A stretch of 18,985 bases of DNA from a virus (Duplodnaviria; Heunggongvirae; Uroviricota; Caudoviricetes): IMG/VR virus record IMGVR_UViG_2734482774_000015; one strand, 5' to 3'. Positions 9,097 through 16,519 of this stretch are shown here, piece by piece. The translations under genes and the position numbers were made by a program. The notes beneath the pieces are model-generated. The model did not search any database, was not told where the DNA came from, and saw only the letters and a list, made by a program, of their open reading frames with translations. Positions within the stretch are counted from its first letter, which is position 1, and every line of letters begins with the position of its first letter.

Positions 9097-9351
9097 GGTG
9101 ACACCTGCTAAAGTATGCTTTTATAAACCTTAGTGGTGAGATATGATTTTTGTTTAATTTTTATTTAAAAAGACAATTAAGGTCACATTATCTTGAATAT
9201 ACAACAATAATCGTATTGCAATTTTCTTACACCATAATCCTGAAAGCACAAAAGAATGAATAAAAACTAAAGACATTAACAAAAAGCATAAAACGAGGCC
9301 CATATAAATATACGAACCTCCATATTTTAGTCGTTTAAAAACAAATTATTT

Positions 9352-9684
9352 TTAATGTGGTGTGCTTCGTGACAATAAATTAATAACCAACACACCGGCA
9401 CAAATCAACATCATGCCTATAATGGCTGGCAGGTCCAACCGTTGGCCGAAAAATCCCCATGATAGTAAGCTAATCAGGACAATACCGACTCCTGACCAGA
9501 TAGCATAAGCAATCCCTGTAGGAATATAAGCCAGCGTCTGAGCTAATAACCAGAATGATGCACAATAACAAATAATTGTACCAACAGATGGCCATAACCG
9601 TGTAAAACCTTCTGAAAACTTCATTAAGGTTGTACCAATGACCTCTGCAAGTATTGCACCACCAAGATAAATATAAGGATTCAT
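9352..9684 (-). CDS. emrE: Small multidrug resistance efflux transporter EmrE (110 aa)
   Basis: MNPYIYLGGAILAEVIGTTLMKFSEGFTRLWPSVGTI... with four TM helices and the conserved membrane-embedded Glu. The track ORF is extended 18 codons upstream. AT-rich flanks. Confidence 0.95.
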   Translation of the reverse strand: MNPYIYLGGAILAEVIGTTLMKFSEGFTRLWPSVGTIICYCASFWLLAQTLAYIPTGIAYAIWSGVGIVLISLLSWGFFGQRLDLPAIIGMMLICAGVLVINLLSRSTPH

Positions 9685-9751
9685 AGCATATTCTTTCCTG
9701 TTCAAACTGGAGAGAATTGTACTACAGTTTGAACTCAACTCACCTGTTTCA

Positions 9752-10054
9752 TCATTGTGTACCCATTGATGTTCTTTTATATACCCTCAATACCCGTTTC
9801 ATCGCGGCACTCTGGCGACACTCCTTAAAAATCAAATTCGTGCTCACCTTTCCTTCCCATTCTTCTCTGGTAGCGAACCGATAATACACCGTTCGCCAGA
9901 CCTTACCATCAACGACCAGGATTCCTGCCCGCGCCATTTTAGCCGCAGCCTGATTTATGCTGGTTACCGTTGCGCCTGTTACCGCGGCAACGTCCTGCGC
10001 ACAGAATTTCTTATGAGTCCCCAGGTAATGAATAATTGCCTCTTTGCCCGTCAT
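9752..10054 (-). CDS. ren: Ren exclusion protein (100 aa)
   Basis: MTGKEAIIHYLGTHKKFCAQDVAAVTGATVTSINQAAAKMARAGILVVDGKVWRTVYYRFATREE..., recognised as λ Ren. Immediately downstream of P. Confidence 0.9.
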   Translation of the reverse strand: MTGKEAIIHYLGTHKKFCAQDVAAVTGATVTSINQAAAKMARAGILVVDGKVWRTVYYRFATREEWEGKVSTNLIFKECRQSAAMKRVLRVYKRTSMGTQ

Positions 10055-10752
10055 ACCCTTGCTCCTTTCAGCCCAAACTTAGCTTTGATTTCTGCGATCT
10101 TCGCCAGAGCCTGTGCACGATTTAGAGGTCTACCGCCCATGACAGGAAGTTGTTTTACTGGTTCAGGTATAGCCTCACCACGGTTAATTCGCGCGGTCAT
10201 ACAGGCCAGTTCATCGGCAGCCTTGCGCCGTAATTCCGCGTCAGTCAACGCATTGGCCCGCATGTTCTGGTACAGGTTGGTAACCAACCAGTAGTGCGCG
10301 TTTGATTTCCATGGATAAGACTCTGCGTCCGGATACAGGCCACGCTTCCGGCAATACTCGTAAACCATATCAACCAGCTCGCTGGCGTTTGGCAGCCCGG
10401 CTGTAACGGATGTTTCTTCCCGGCACCAGGCAACAAACTGCCCGGGTGATGGCAGGAATGGTCGATTCTGCCGACGGGCTACGCGCATTCCTGCGTTAAC
10501 CTGTTCCATTGTGGTGATCCCGTTTTCCCGGAAAGCCAGCACCCACTGGCGGCGGATTTCGTTCAGTTCGTTCTGGTCCCGGTTAGCCAGGCTCGCCGGG
10601 AAAGTTGCCAGTAACTGGCTGAACACACCATTGATGATCTGCGCTACCAGCTGTACCTGCGGCTTTTCGTCGTACTGTTCCGGCATGTTATTGGCGATCC
10701 GACGCATCTGCTCACGGTCAAAGTTAACCATCTGTGCGGCGATGTTTTTCAT
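10051..10752 (-). CDS. P: Replication protein P, DnaB helicase loader (233 aa)
   Basis: MKNIAAQMVNFDREQMRRIANNMPEQYDEKPQV...AKIAEIKAKFGLKGARV, recognised as near-identical to λ P. Confidence 0.95.
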   Translation of the reverse strand: MKNIAAQMVNFDREQMRRIANNMPEQYDEKPQVQLVAQIINGVFSQLLATFPASLANRDQNELNEIRRQWVLAFRENGITTMEQVNAGMRVARRQNRPFLPSPGQFVAWCREETSVTAGLPNASELVDMVYEYCRKRGLYPDAESYPWKSNAHYWLVTNLYQNMRANALTDAELRRKAADELACMTARINRGEAIPEPVKQLPVMGGRPLNRAQALAKIAEIKAKFGLKGARV

Positions 10753-11678
10753 AAATCCACCCCATAAATCCAGTCAGTGTTTGTCAGGTCGAGTTTTGAT
10801 TTTCCGGCTGTCACGCCAGCCTGTTGCTTGTTACGGTTGATTTCGAGTTGGGTCCACTTGTCGCGGAGTTTGGCCGGACATAGCACGTTACCGGACCAGA
10901 AGTTGTCCTGGCATGCCCAGCGGAACAGCACGCACATGTCGCGGTGGTTACGTCCGTCACGTTCACGCATCAGGCGGATATCGTTAGCCCACCCTGCAAA
11001 ATTCGGTTTTCTGGCTGATGGCGCGATGGTCTTCACCATGTCAAACATCCACTCTGCGGCGGTCAGGTCTTCTGCTGTCCCCCACTTGCTGCCGCTCTGA
11101 ATTGCAGCATCCGGTTTCACCACAGGAAGATCGTTTTCTGGCTGGTCAGAGGATTCGTCAGAATTCTCGGACGAAAAAGGTTTTATATTGTCTTTTGTTA
11201 GTTTGTCTTTTGTGTTTACCTGATTCGGGTAAACGCCTTTACCTGATTTGGGTAAACTTTTCTTACCTGATTCAGGTAAATTTACCTCTTTCAGGTAAAC
11301 TTTATTTTTCTTACCTGATTCGGGTAATGTTGACCATTCACTGACCACATTATTAATGCCGGTATTCCGCCCGCTCTGAATAAGAATCCCACGCTTTACC
11401 AGAACACTTTTTGCAGCAGAACACTTGTGCGGCAATATCCCGGTCAATTCGGACAGTTGCTCGTTGCTCACCCAATCCAGTTTTTTATTAAAGCCATATG
11501 TTTTGCGCATGACAGCTAGGAAGACCAGAAGCTGGTGCTGTGTTAATCCGGCCAGCATCACAGCTTCCAGCAACTCATTTGCAATGCGCGTATAACCATC
11601 ATCGAGATCTGCCACGCGCGGCTCCTTTTGTGCCGCATCCGGCACTGGAAAATTGAATATCTCAGCAGTGTTTGCCAT
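10749..11678 (-). CDS. O: Replication initiator O-like protein (about 309 aa); origin iterons lie inside the gene
   Basis: N-terminal domain ADLDDGYTRIANELLEAVMLAGLTQHQLLVFLAVMRKTYGFNKKLD... resembles the λ O DNA-binding domain. The repeated LPESGKK peptides reflect the iterons. ATG at 11678 is preceded by GGGAGG. The track ORF starts 30 codons upstream at 11768, which remains an alternative start. Confidence 0.85.
   Translation of the reverse strand: MANTAEIFNFPVPDAAQKEPRVADLDDGYTRIANELLEAVMLAGLTQHQLLVFLAVMRKTYGFNKKLDWVSNEQLSELTGILPHKCSAAKSVLVKRGILIQSGRNTGINNVVSEWSTLPESGKKNKVYLKEVNLPESGKKSLPKSGKGVYPNQVNTKDKLTKDNIKPFSSENSDESSDQPENDLPVVKPDAAIQSGSKWGTAEDLTAAEWMFDMVKTIAPSARKPNFAGWANDIRLMRERDGRNHRDMCVLFRWACQDNFWSGNVLCPAKLRDKWTQLEINRNKQQAGVTAGKSKLDLTNTDWIYGVDL
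11215..11328. repeat. Replication origin: five about 19-bp iterons (consensus TTACCTGATTCGGGTAAAC, each an inverted repeat TTACC..GGTAA) next to an AT-rich tract (about 11175..11214)
   Basis: Direct repeats at about 11215-11234, 11238-11257, 11263-11280, 11281-11300 and 11311-11328, inside the O-like coding sequence, with the AT-rich stretch AAAAAGGTTTTATATTGTCTTTTGTTAGTTTGTCTTTTGTGTTT alongside, as in oriλ. Confidence 0.8.
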
Positions 11679-11764
11679 AATTCCTCCCGCAATGAGTGTG
11701 TTACGATTTGCACCTGAAAGTCGGTTCTGTTCCAGCAGACCGGCTTTCGCCATTTCTGAACCTG

Positions 11765-12304
11765 TCATATCGCCCCCAGCATGGTAGTAACCATCGCCAT
11801 CAATGGACCAGCCAGATCTGGGTCCACACGAAACATCGACACAATACCTTCACTAATTTCCTTCAGTTTCTGGTGGCGTGGTGCGTTGAGAATGACAGCC
11901 TGTTTTGCCTCACTGAGTTCCTTTTCCATTTCAGCCAACCTAGCCATGAAGCTATCCTGCTCAACCAGGTAACCGCGATATTCCAGCGGTAGTACCGCCA
12001 GAATTGCCGGGGTCAGTTCACGCACGTTATTTCGGTATTTTTCAGAATCGAATTTGTTATCGAGGAAGCGGAACAGCTTCTGGCGTGCACGGCTGACATC
12101 ATCAGGGAAATCGATGGTGCCGCCGCCCTGCTCCCGATACTCATTCACAATGAGTGTGGCAACGACATCCTGATTATCTTCAGCCGACCAAGCGCGGACG
12201 GCATCACGGATTTTTTCGTGGCCTGGCACCTGTTTTGTTTGAGAACGATTTATCACCGCAGTCGGGCTAAATCCGCTAGTCTGTTGGTATGTAAGTGGTT
12301 GCAT
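11765..12304 (-). CDS. YdaT-like protein in the cII position (179 aa)
   Basis: ATG preceded by AAAGGAG. Located directly downstream of the cro-like gene. Weak recalled resemblance to the Rac YdaT family (IRDAVRAW..., ARQKLFRFLDNK...). Function not established here. Confidence 0.5.
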   Translation of the reverse strand: MQPLTYQQTSGFSPTAVINRSQTKQVPGHEKIRDAVRAWSAEDNQDVVATLIVNEYREQGGGTIDFPDDVSRARQKLFRFLDNKFDSEKYRNNVRELTPAILAVLPLEYRGYLVEQDSFMARLAEMEKELSEAKQAVILNAPRHQKLKEISEGIVSMFRVDPDLAGPLMAMVTTMLGAI

Positions 12305-12373
12305 AATTGACTCCTTTAGTTTGAATTGACTGTTAAGTTGATTGCTTATTGTTAAAGAGCGTGAAATGGAAAT

Positions 12374-12604
12374 TTAAGCTGCGTTCTTTTCGGTGTGTGG
12401 AAACAACTTCGGAAGATCCGGGCGAATCTGGTATGCCTTCACTACTCCACCAGTAGCCGTAACAATGCTGCCGACATGTTCAGGGGATACCTTTGCTTTG
12501 TTGTGAAGCCACTTATAGACGGCCTGCTGTGAAACTTCGCAAGCAGCGCCCAGTTTCTTTTGTGAACCAACGATATTGATCGCTGTTTTGATAGCTGGGT
12601 TCAT
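12374..12604 (-). CDS. cro: Cro-like HTH regulator, YdaS-like (76 aa)
   Basis: Divergent from cI across a 104-bp operator region. Putative HTH (QKKLGAACEVSQQAVYKWLHN). GGAGG lies 5 nt upstream of the ATG. Confidence 0.75.
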   Translation of the reverse strand: MNPAIKTAINIVGSQKKLGAACEVSQQAVYKWLHNKAKVSPEHVGSIVTATGGVVKAYQIRPDLPKLFPHTEKNAA

Positions 12605-12708
12605 AACAACCTCCGTGGTTAATTTGAATCAAGATTAAAACTATGGTTGTTTTTAGTCAACAACCATTTTCGTTTGATGGAATAAAACCTTGGTTGTACA
12701 TTTGGACT
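12605..12708. promoter_or_regulatory. oR-like divergent control region: pR for cro (minus strand, -35 TTGACT, -10 TAATCT) and a likely leaderless pRM-type start for cI
   Basis: Minus strand reads TTGTTGACTAAAAACAACCATAGTTTTAATCT, then GGAGG and the cro ATG. Dyad elements ATGGTTGT...ACAACCAT and TTAATTTGAATCAAGATTAA are present. The cI ATG at 12709 has no recognisable Shine-Dalgarno, as for λ cI. Confidence 0.65.
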
Positions 12709-13398
12709 ATGAAAACAACACTCTCAGAAAGACTTAAAGAAGCCAGATTAGCGCGAGGCCTTACACAAAAGGCGCTTGGGGATTTGGTCGGGGTTAGCCA
12801 AGCTGCTATTCAGAAAATCGAAACAGGGAAAGCTAATCAAACAACTAAAATCGTGGAGATCGCGAACGCTTTGGGTGTGCGCGCAGAATGGTTATCTTCT
12901 GGCGTTGGAAATATGTCAGACAGTACAGTGCAACCAATACAATCAACTGTCAGCCATTCCAAATACTTCAAGATTGACGTTCTTGATATAGAAGTCAGTG
13001 CTGGGCCGGGAGTCATCAACCGTGAGTTTGTAGAAGTTCTACGCTCGGTTGAGTACTCGTTTGACGATGCTCGTCACATGTTCGATGGTAGGAAGGCGGA
13101 AAATATCCGCATCATTAACGTGCGTGGTGACAGCATGTCAGGAACGATCGAACCAGGTGATCTGCTGTTCGTTGATATCACAGTTAAATCTTTCGACGGT
13201 GATGGTATCTATGCGTTTCTGTACGACGACACAGCCCATGTAAAGCGCCTGCAAATGATGAAGGATAAGCTGCTGGTCATCTCTGATAACAAAAGCTACT
13301 CACCGTGGGACCCGATCGAGAAAGACGAGATGAACCGGGTGTTCATCTTCGGTAAGGTTATTGGGAGCATGCCGCAGACATATAGGAAGCATGGTTAA
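12709..13398 (+). CDS. cI: CI-type prophage repressor with LexA-like S24 autopeptidase domain (229 aa)
   Basis: N-terminal HTH (LTQKALGDLVGVSQAAIQKIETGK), candidate Ala-Gly cleavage site (EVSAGPG), catalytic Ser in RGDSMSGTIEPGDLLFVD and Lys in HVKRL. The upstream ATG at 12643 would place coding sequence over the operators and is rejected. Confidence 0.9.
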   Translation: MKTTLSERLKEARLARGLTQKALGDLVGVSQAAIQKIETGKANQTTKIVEIANALGVRAEWLSSGVGNMSDSTVQPIQSTVSHSKYFKIDVLDIEVSAGPGVINREFVEVLRSVEYSFDDARHMFDGRKAENIRIINVRGDSMSGTIEPGDLLFVDITVKSFDGDGIYAFLYDDTAHVKRLQMMKDKLLVISDNKSYSPWDPIEKDEMNRVFIFGKVIGSMPQTYRKHG

Positions 13399-13520
13399 AG
13401 TGAGGCTAAAAAACAGTTACAGCAATAGGCCTGTTGTTTTTCTTTAAACACGCAGTGTTAAACCGCTCTTTGAGATGCGGAGTAATGAGATGGAAGACTT
13501 GAATCACATAAGGGTTAGTG

Positions 13521-14270
13521 ATGGAGTGCGTAGCGAGCAGCAATAGTGCAATACCTAATGTCGTTGAAGTAATACGTCGCATCAATGAAGGTTCCACTCA
13601 GCCATTTCTTTGCAAATGTGATGATGGGCAGTTGTATGTTTTGAAGTCAAAACCATCAATGCCCCCGAAAAATCTCTTAGCTGAGTTCATTTCGGCGTGT
13701 TTGGCTAATGATATCGGCCTTCCTTTACCTGACTTTAAAATCGTATTTGTGCCAGAGGAACTTATAGAGTACTCACCTGATCTGCAGCAACAAATTTGTA
13801 CAGGATATGCCTTTGCTTCATTGTTCATTGACGGTGCAATAGCGTTAACGTTTACGCAGTCAAGAAACGAAACGATCATCCCAGTCGAACAGCAAAAATT
13901 AATCTATGTTTTTGATAAATGGATATTAAATGCAGACAGAACGCTTACTGACAAAGGTGGAAACGTTAACATCATTTATGACATCAGTAACGATAAGTAT
14001 TATCTGATTGACCATAATCTCTCATTTGATCAGAATGCTGGACCTGAAGATTTTTCTGTGCACGTGTACGGCCCTGGTAACCGCAAATGGCAATATGATT
14101 TAGTGGATCGCGTAGAGTACCGCCAGAGGGTCGTTAACAGTTTACACAAGCTTCCTGCTATCCTTGACGAAATTCCAGAAGAGTGGATAGTAGATGAGGA
14201 GTTTTTACCTTTTGTCTGCACTACGCTAGACAAAGGTGATTGTGATGAATTTTGGAGCGCAATAGAATGA
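13521..14270 (+). CDS. Uncharacterised protein with HipA-like / kinase-like catalytic motifs (249 aa); first gene of the cassette occupying the rexA slot
   Basis: Intact ORF 120 bp downstream of cI on the same strand. Motifs FDKWILNADRTLTDKGGN and IIYDIS resemble the HipA_C catalytic and Mg-binding Asp loops. AAGGG lies 7 nt upstream of the ATG; an alternative GTG start lies at 13518. The family assignment is inference from motifs only. Confidence 0.65.
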   Translation: MECVASSNSAIPNVVEVIRRINEGSTQPFLCKCDDGQLYVLKSKPSMPPKNLLAEFISACLANDIGLPLPDFKIVFVPEELIEYSPDLQQQICTGYAFASLFIDGAIALTFTQSRNETIIPVEQQKLIYVFDKWILNADRTLTDKGGNVNIIYDISNDKYYLIDHNLSFDQNAGPEDFSVHVYGPGNRKWQYDLVDRVEYRQRVVNSLHKLPAILDEIPEEWIVDEEFLPFVCTTLDKGDCDEFWSAIE

Positions 14271-15094
14271 CAACTCCATGCCTATATAGCATCGTTCGCT
14301 ATGCGCCTTATGCGGAGACTGAAGAGTTCGCAAACATAGGCGTACTTCTGTGCGCGCCAAAAGAAAATTACTTTGATTTCCAGCTCACAAAGCGAAATGA
14401 CTCTCGTGTAAAGAATTTTTTCCATGATGATTGTATTTTCCCTGTAGCAAAAGACTCAATACAAAGAGAACTACAGTTCGCAAAAATGCATGCGACCCAG
14501 ATTGTTGGACATCAACAACTTGCACAATTCTTCAGATATTTTACAAACAAAAAAGAATCAATTTTTCAGTTCAGTTCTACGAGAGTGATTCTCAGCGAAA
14601 ACCCAAAAGAAGAGCTGGCCCGCATTTACAATAAATATGTAAACCACTCTGACTACACAAAAGAGCGCCGTGAAGATGTTCTAGCCAGAGAGCTAAAACG
14701 AAGTATCGATAGAATAGATGGATTGAAGAACGTCTTCAAACAAGCAACCATTGATGGGTATTTCGCAAAGTTCTCAATGCCATTGGTCGCCAAGAAGCAT
14801 GACAGGATCCAATGTGCCATCAAACCTCTGGCATTCACTCAAGCTGAACCAGGAAAAATGATGGAGCATAGTGATACTTGGGTGATGAGAATAACTCGAG
14901 CAGCAGAAGAAAACCTGCTTTCACTTGATGACATTTTATTCACAATTGAAACTCCTGAATCACCAAACTCAGGCCAAAGCAAAGTTATTGACATCATAAA
15001 GAGAACTATGGATGCTAAGAAAATAAATCATATACCTGCATCCAACCACAAAGAAACTATTGATTTTGCAAAAAAAATACTTCCCCAAGTTTAA
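14267..15094 (+). CDS. Uncharacterised protein with DUF3037-like N-terminus (275 aa); second gene of the cassette, translationally coupled to the first
   Basis: The ATG overlaps the upstream stop (ATGA); GGAG lies 9 nt upstream. The N-terminus CLYSIVRYAPYAETEEFANIGVLLCAP matches my recollection of the DUF3037 signature. Followed by a strong terminator. Confidence 0.65.
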   Translation: MTTPCLYSIVRYAPYAETEEFANIGVLLCAPKENYFDFQLTKRNDSRVKNFFHDDCIFPVAKDSIQRELQFAKMHATQIVGHQQLAQFFRYFTNKKESIFQFSSTRVILSENPKEELARIYNKYVNHSDYTKERREDVLARELKRSIDRIDGLKNVFKQATIDGYFAKFSMPLVAKKHDRIQCAIKPLAFTQAEPGKMMEHSDTWVMRITRAAEENLLSLDDILFTIETPESPNSGQSKVIDIIKRTMDAKKINHIPASNHKETIDFAKKILPQV

Positions 15095-15128
15095 AATTTA
15101 TTTTTGTATGTGATATTCCTTATTAATA

Positions 15129-15156
15129 ACCCGGCCACCGTGCCGGGTTTTCTTTT
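15129..15156 (+). terminator. Rho-independent terminator ending the cI-downstream cassette
   Basis: ACCCGGC-CACCGT-GCCGGGT stem-loop followed by TTTTCTTTT on the + strand. Confidence 0.75.
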
Positions 15157-15288
15157 GCCTCCCCTCATCACACAAACCGCTCAAAAAACCACCATAACCT
15201 CGCTTCAGTTATCGCTATGCGATTCAAGTCACAAAATAAATCCATCCTAAATACAACCAGTTATATCTAAAACAACCAATAAAACAAC

Positions 15289-15326
15289 TTTTGTTGTTGA
15301 CGGTAAAACAACTATAGTTTTAAATA
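15289..15326 (+). promoter_or_regulatory. oL/pL-like promoter-operator, a near copy of the pR core
   Basis: TTGTTGACGGTAAAACAACTATAGTTTTAAATA here versus TTGTTGACTAAAAACAACCATAGTTTTAATCT at pR. Upstream operator-like repeats ACAACCAG, ACAACCAAT and the palindrome CAACTTTTGTTG lie at about 15252..15296. Confidence 0.6.
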
Positions 15327-15723
15327 GGTTCATCGCAACAACACAACGATACGGCAACCACCTGATTCACCGTTGCGATGACCGCTTAGATCCGCAGTTT
15401 GAATTTCAGCAGGCTTCGGGGAGTGCGAGGGGTGAAACGGACGCGTGAACGTCGGTGTGACCAGCTGAAATCAACTCAACATTTCATACCTTAGTCGCTT
15501 CAACGAGGCGGCTTAGTTATGACAACCGGCGGCCATCCACCGCCTGAATACGCGCAGAAGTCTCTATATGTTCAGCAGCCCAGCTTCACAGCGATGCCAG
15601 AGTCTGTAGTGTCAGATGATGACCGTACTCAAACATCGGGTTGAGTATTATCTTACTGTTTCTTTACATAAACATTGCTGATACCGTTTAGCTGAAACGA
15701 CATACATTGCAAGGAGTTTATAA

Positions 15724-16005
15724 ATGAGTATCAATGAGTTAGAGTCTGAGCAAAAAGATTGGGCGTTATCAATGTTGTGCAGATCCGGTGTCTTGTCTCC
15801 ATGCAGACATCACGAAGGTGTTTATGTAGATGAAGGTATAGATATAGAGTCGGCATACAAATATTCCATGAAGGTTTATAAGTCTAATGAAGACAAATCC
15901 CCATTCTGCAATGTGCGAGAAATGACTGATACCGTGCAAAATTATTATCACGAGTACGGTGGAAACGATACTTGCCCTCTCTGTACAAAACATATAGATG
16001 ATTAA
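15724..16005 (+). CDS. ea8.5: Ea8.5-like protein (93 aa)
   Basis: Size and position (upstream of orf-55/xis) as in λ. Cys/His pattern (CRHHEG ... CPLCTKH) is consistent with a metal-binding fold. Preceded by AAGGAG. Confidence 0.8.
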   Translation: MSINELESEQKDWALSMLCRSGVLSPCRHHEGVYVDEGIDIESAYKYSMKVYKSNEDKSPFCNVREMTDTVQNYYHEYGGNDTCPLCTKHIDD

Positions 16006-16093
16006 ACCCAATATTACATAACAATCCTCGCACTCGCGGGGATTTATTTTATCTGAACTCGCTACGGCGGGTTTTGTTTTATGGAGATGATAA

Positions 16094-16261
16094 ATGCACT
16101 TCCGAGTCACAGGAGAATGGAATGGAGAGCCATTCAACAGAGTTATCGAAGCGGAGAACATCAACGACTGCTACGACCACTGGATGATATGGGCGCAGAT
16201 AGCACATGCAGACATAACCAATATTCGAATTGAAGAACTGAAAGAACACCAAGCCGCCTGA
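16094..16261 (+). CDS. Small λ-like hypothetical protein (orf-55, 55 aa)
   Basis: Below the track cutoff. Translation: MHFRVTGEWNGEPFNRVIEAENINDCYDHWMIWAQIAHADITNIRIEELKEHQAA*. Same position as λ orf-55. Confidence 0.65.
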   Translation: MHFRVTGEWNGEPFNRVIEAENINDCYDHWMIWAQIAHADITNIRIEELKEHQAA

Positions 16262-16278
16262 TGGCGGTTTTTTCTTGC
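16253..16278 (+). terminator. Terminator-like hairpin between orf-55 and xis
   Basis: GCCGCC-TGAT-GGCGG followed by TTTTTTCTTG. Confidence 0.45.
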
Positions 16279-16300
16279 GTGTAATTGCGGAGACTTTGCG

Positions 16301-16519
16301 ATGTACTTGACACTTCAGGAGTGGAACGCTCGCCAGCGACGCCCAAGAAGCCTTGAAACAGTTCGTCGATGGGTGCGCGAATGCAGGATATTCCCTCCTC
16401 CGGTTAAGGATGGAAGAGAATATCTGTTCCACGAATCAGCGGTAAAGGTTGACTTAAATCGACCAGTAACAGGTAGCCTTTTGAAGAGGATCAGAAATGG
16501 GAAGAAGGCGAAGTCATGA
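16301..16519 (+). CDS. xis: Excisionase Xis (72 aa)
   Basis: MYLTLQEWNARQRRPRSLETVRRWVRECRIFPPPVKDGREYLFHESAVKVDLNRPVTGSLLKRIRNGKKAKS, recognised as λ Xis. The 3' end overlaps int by 23 nt, as in λ. Confidence 0.95.
   Translation: MYLTLQEWNARQRRPRSLETVRRWVRECRIFPPPVKDGREYLFHESAVKVDLNRPVTGSLLKRIRNGKKAKS

Noticed and set aside
11215-11328. Possible CRISPR array (regularly spaced direct repeats)
   Set aside because: Repeats are about 19 bp with only 3-5 bp between them, are themselves palindromic, lie inside the O-like gene next to an AT-rich tract, and there are no cas genes. They are origin iterons.
10013-11344. Plus-strand ORFs over P and O (10013..10294, 10511..10840, 10777..11100, 11018..11344) and minus ORF 10245..10436
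   Set aside because: Shadow frames of the P and O genes. The 11018..11344 ORF simply reads through the iterons.
12643-12708. Upstream ATG extending cI by 22 codons
   Set aside because: It would place coding sequence across the pR -35/-10 and operator dyads and leave only 38 bp between cro and cI. The ATG at 12709 gives a typical HTH repressor N-terminus.
13406-14838. Minus-strand ORFs 13406..13597, 13598..13879, 14030..14233 and 14653..14838
   Set aside because: Antisense to the two cassette genes, short, no RBS; the plus-strand genes show coupling and a terminator.
15157-15723. Searched for an N antiterminator gene or nut site
   Set aside because: No Arg-rich ~100-aa ORF and no boxA/boxB-like hairpin were found; the region is treated as a leader/deletion scar. 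A highly diverged element cannot be excluded without alignment.
15769-16432. Minus-strand ORFs 15769..16164, 16079..16432 and 16161..16346
   Set aside because: Antisense to ea8.5, orf-55 and xis, which are recognisable λ genes on the plus strand.
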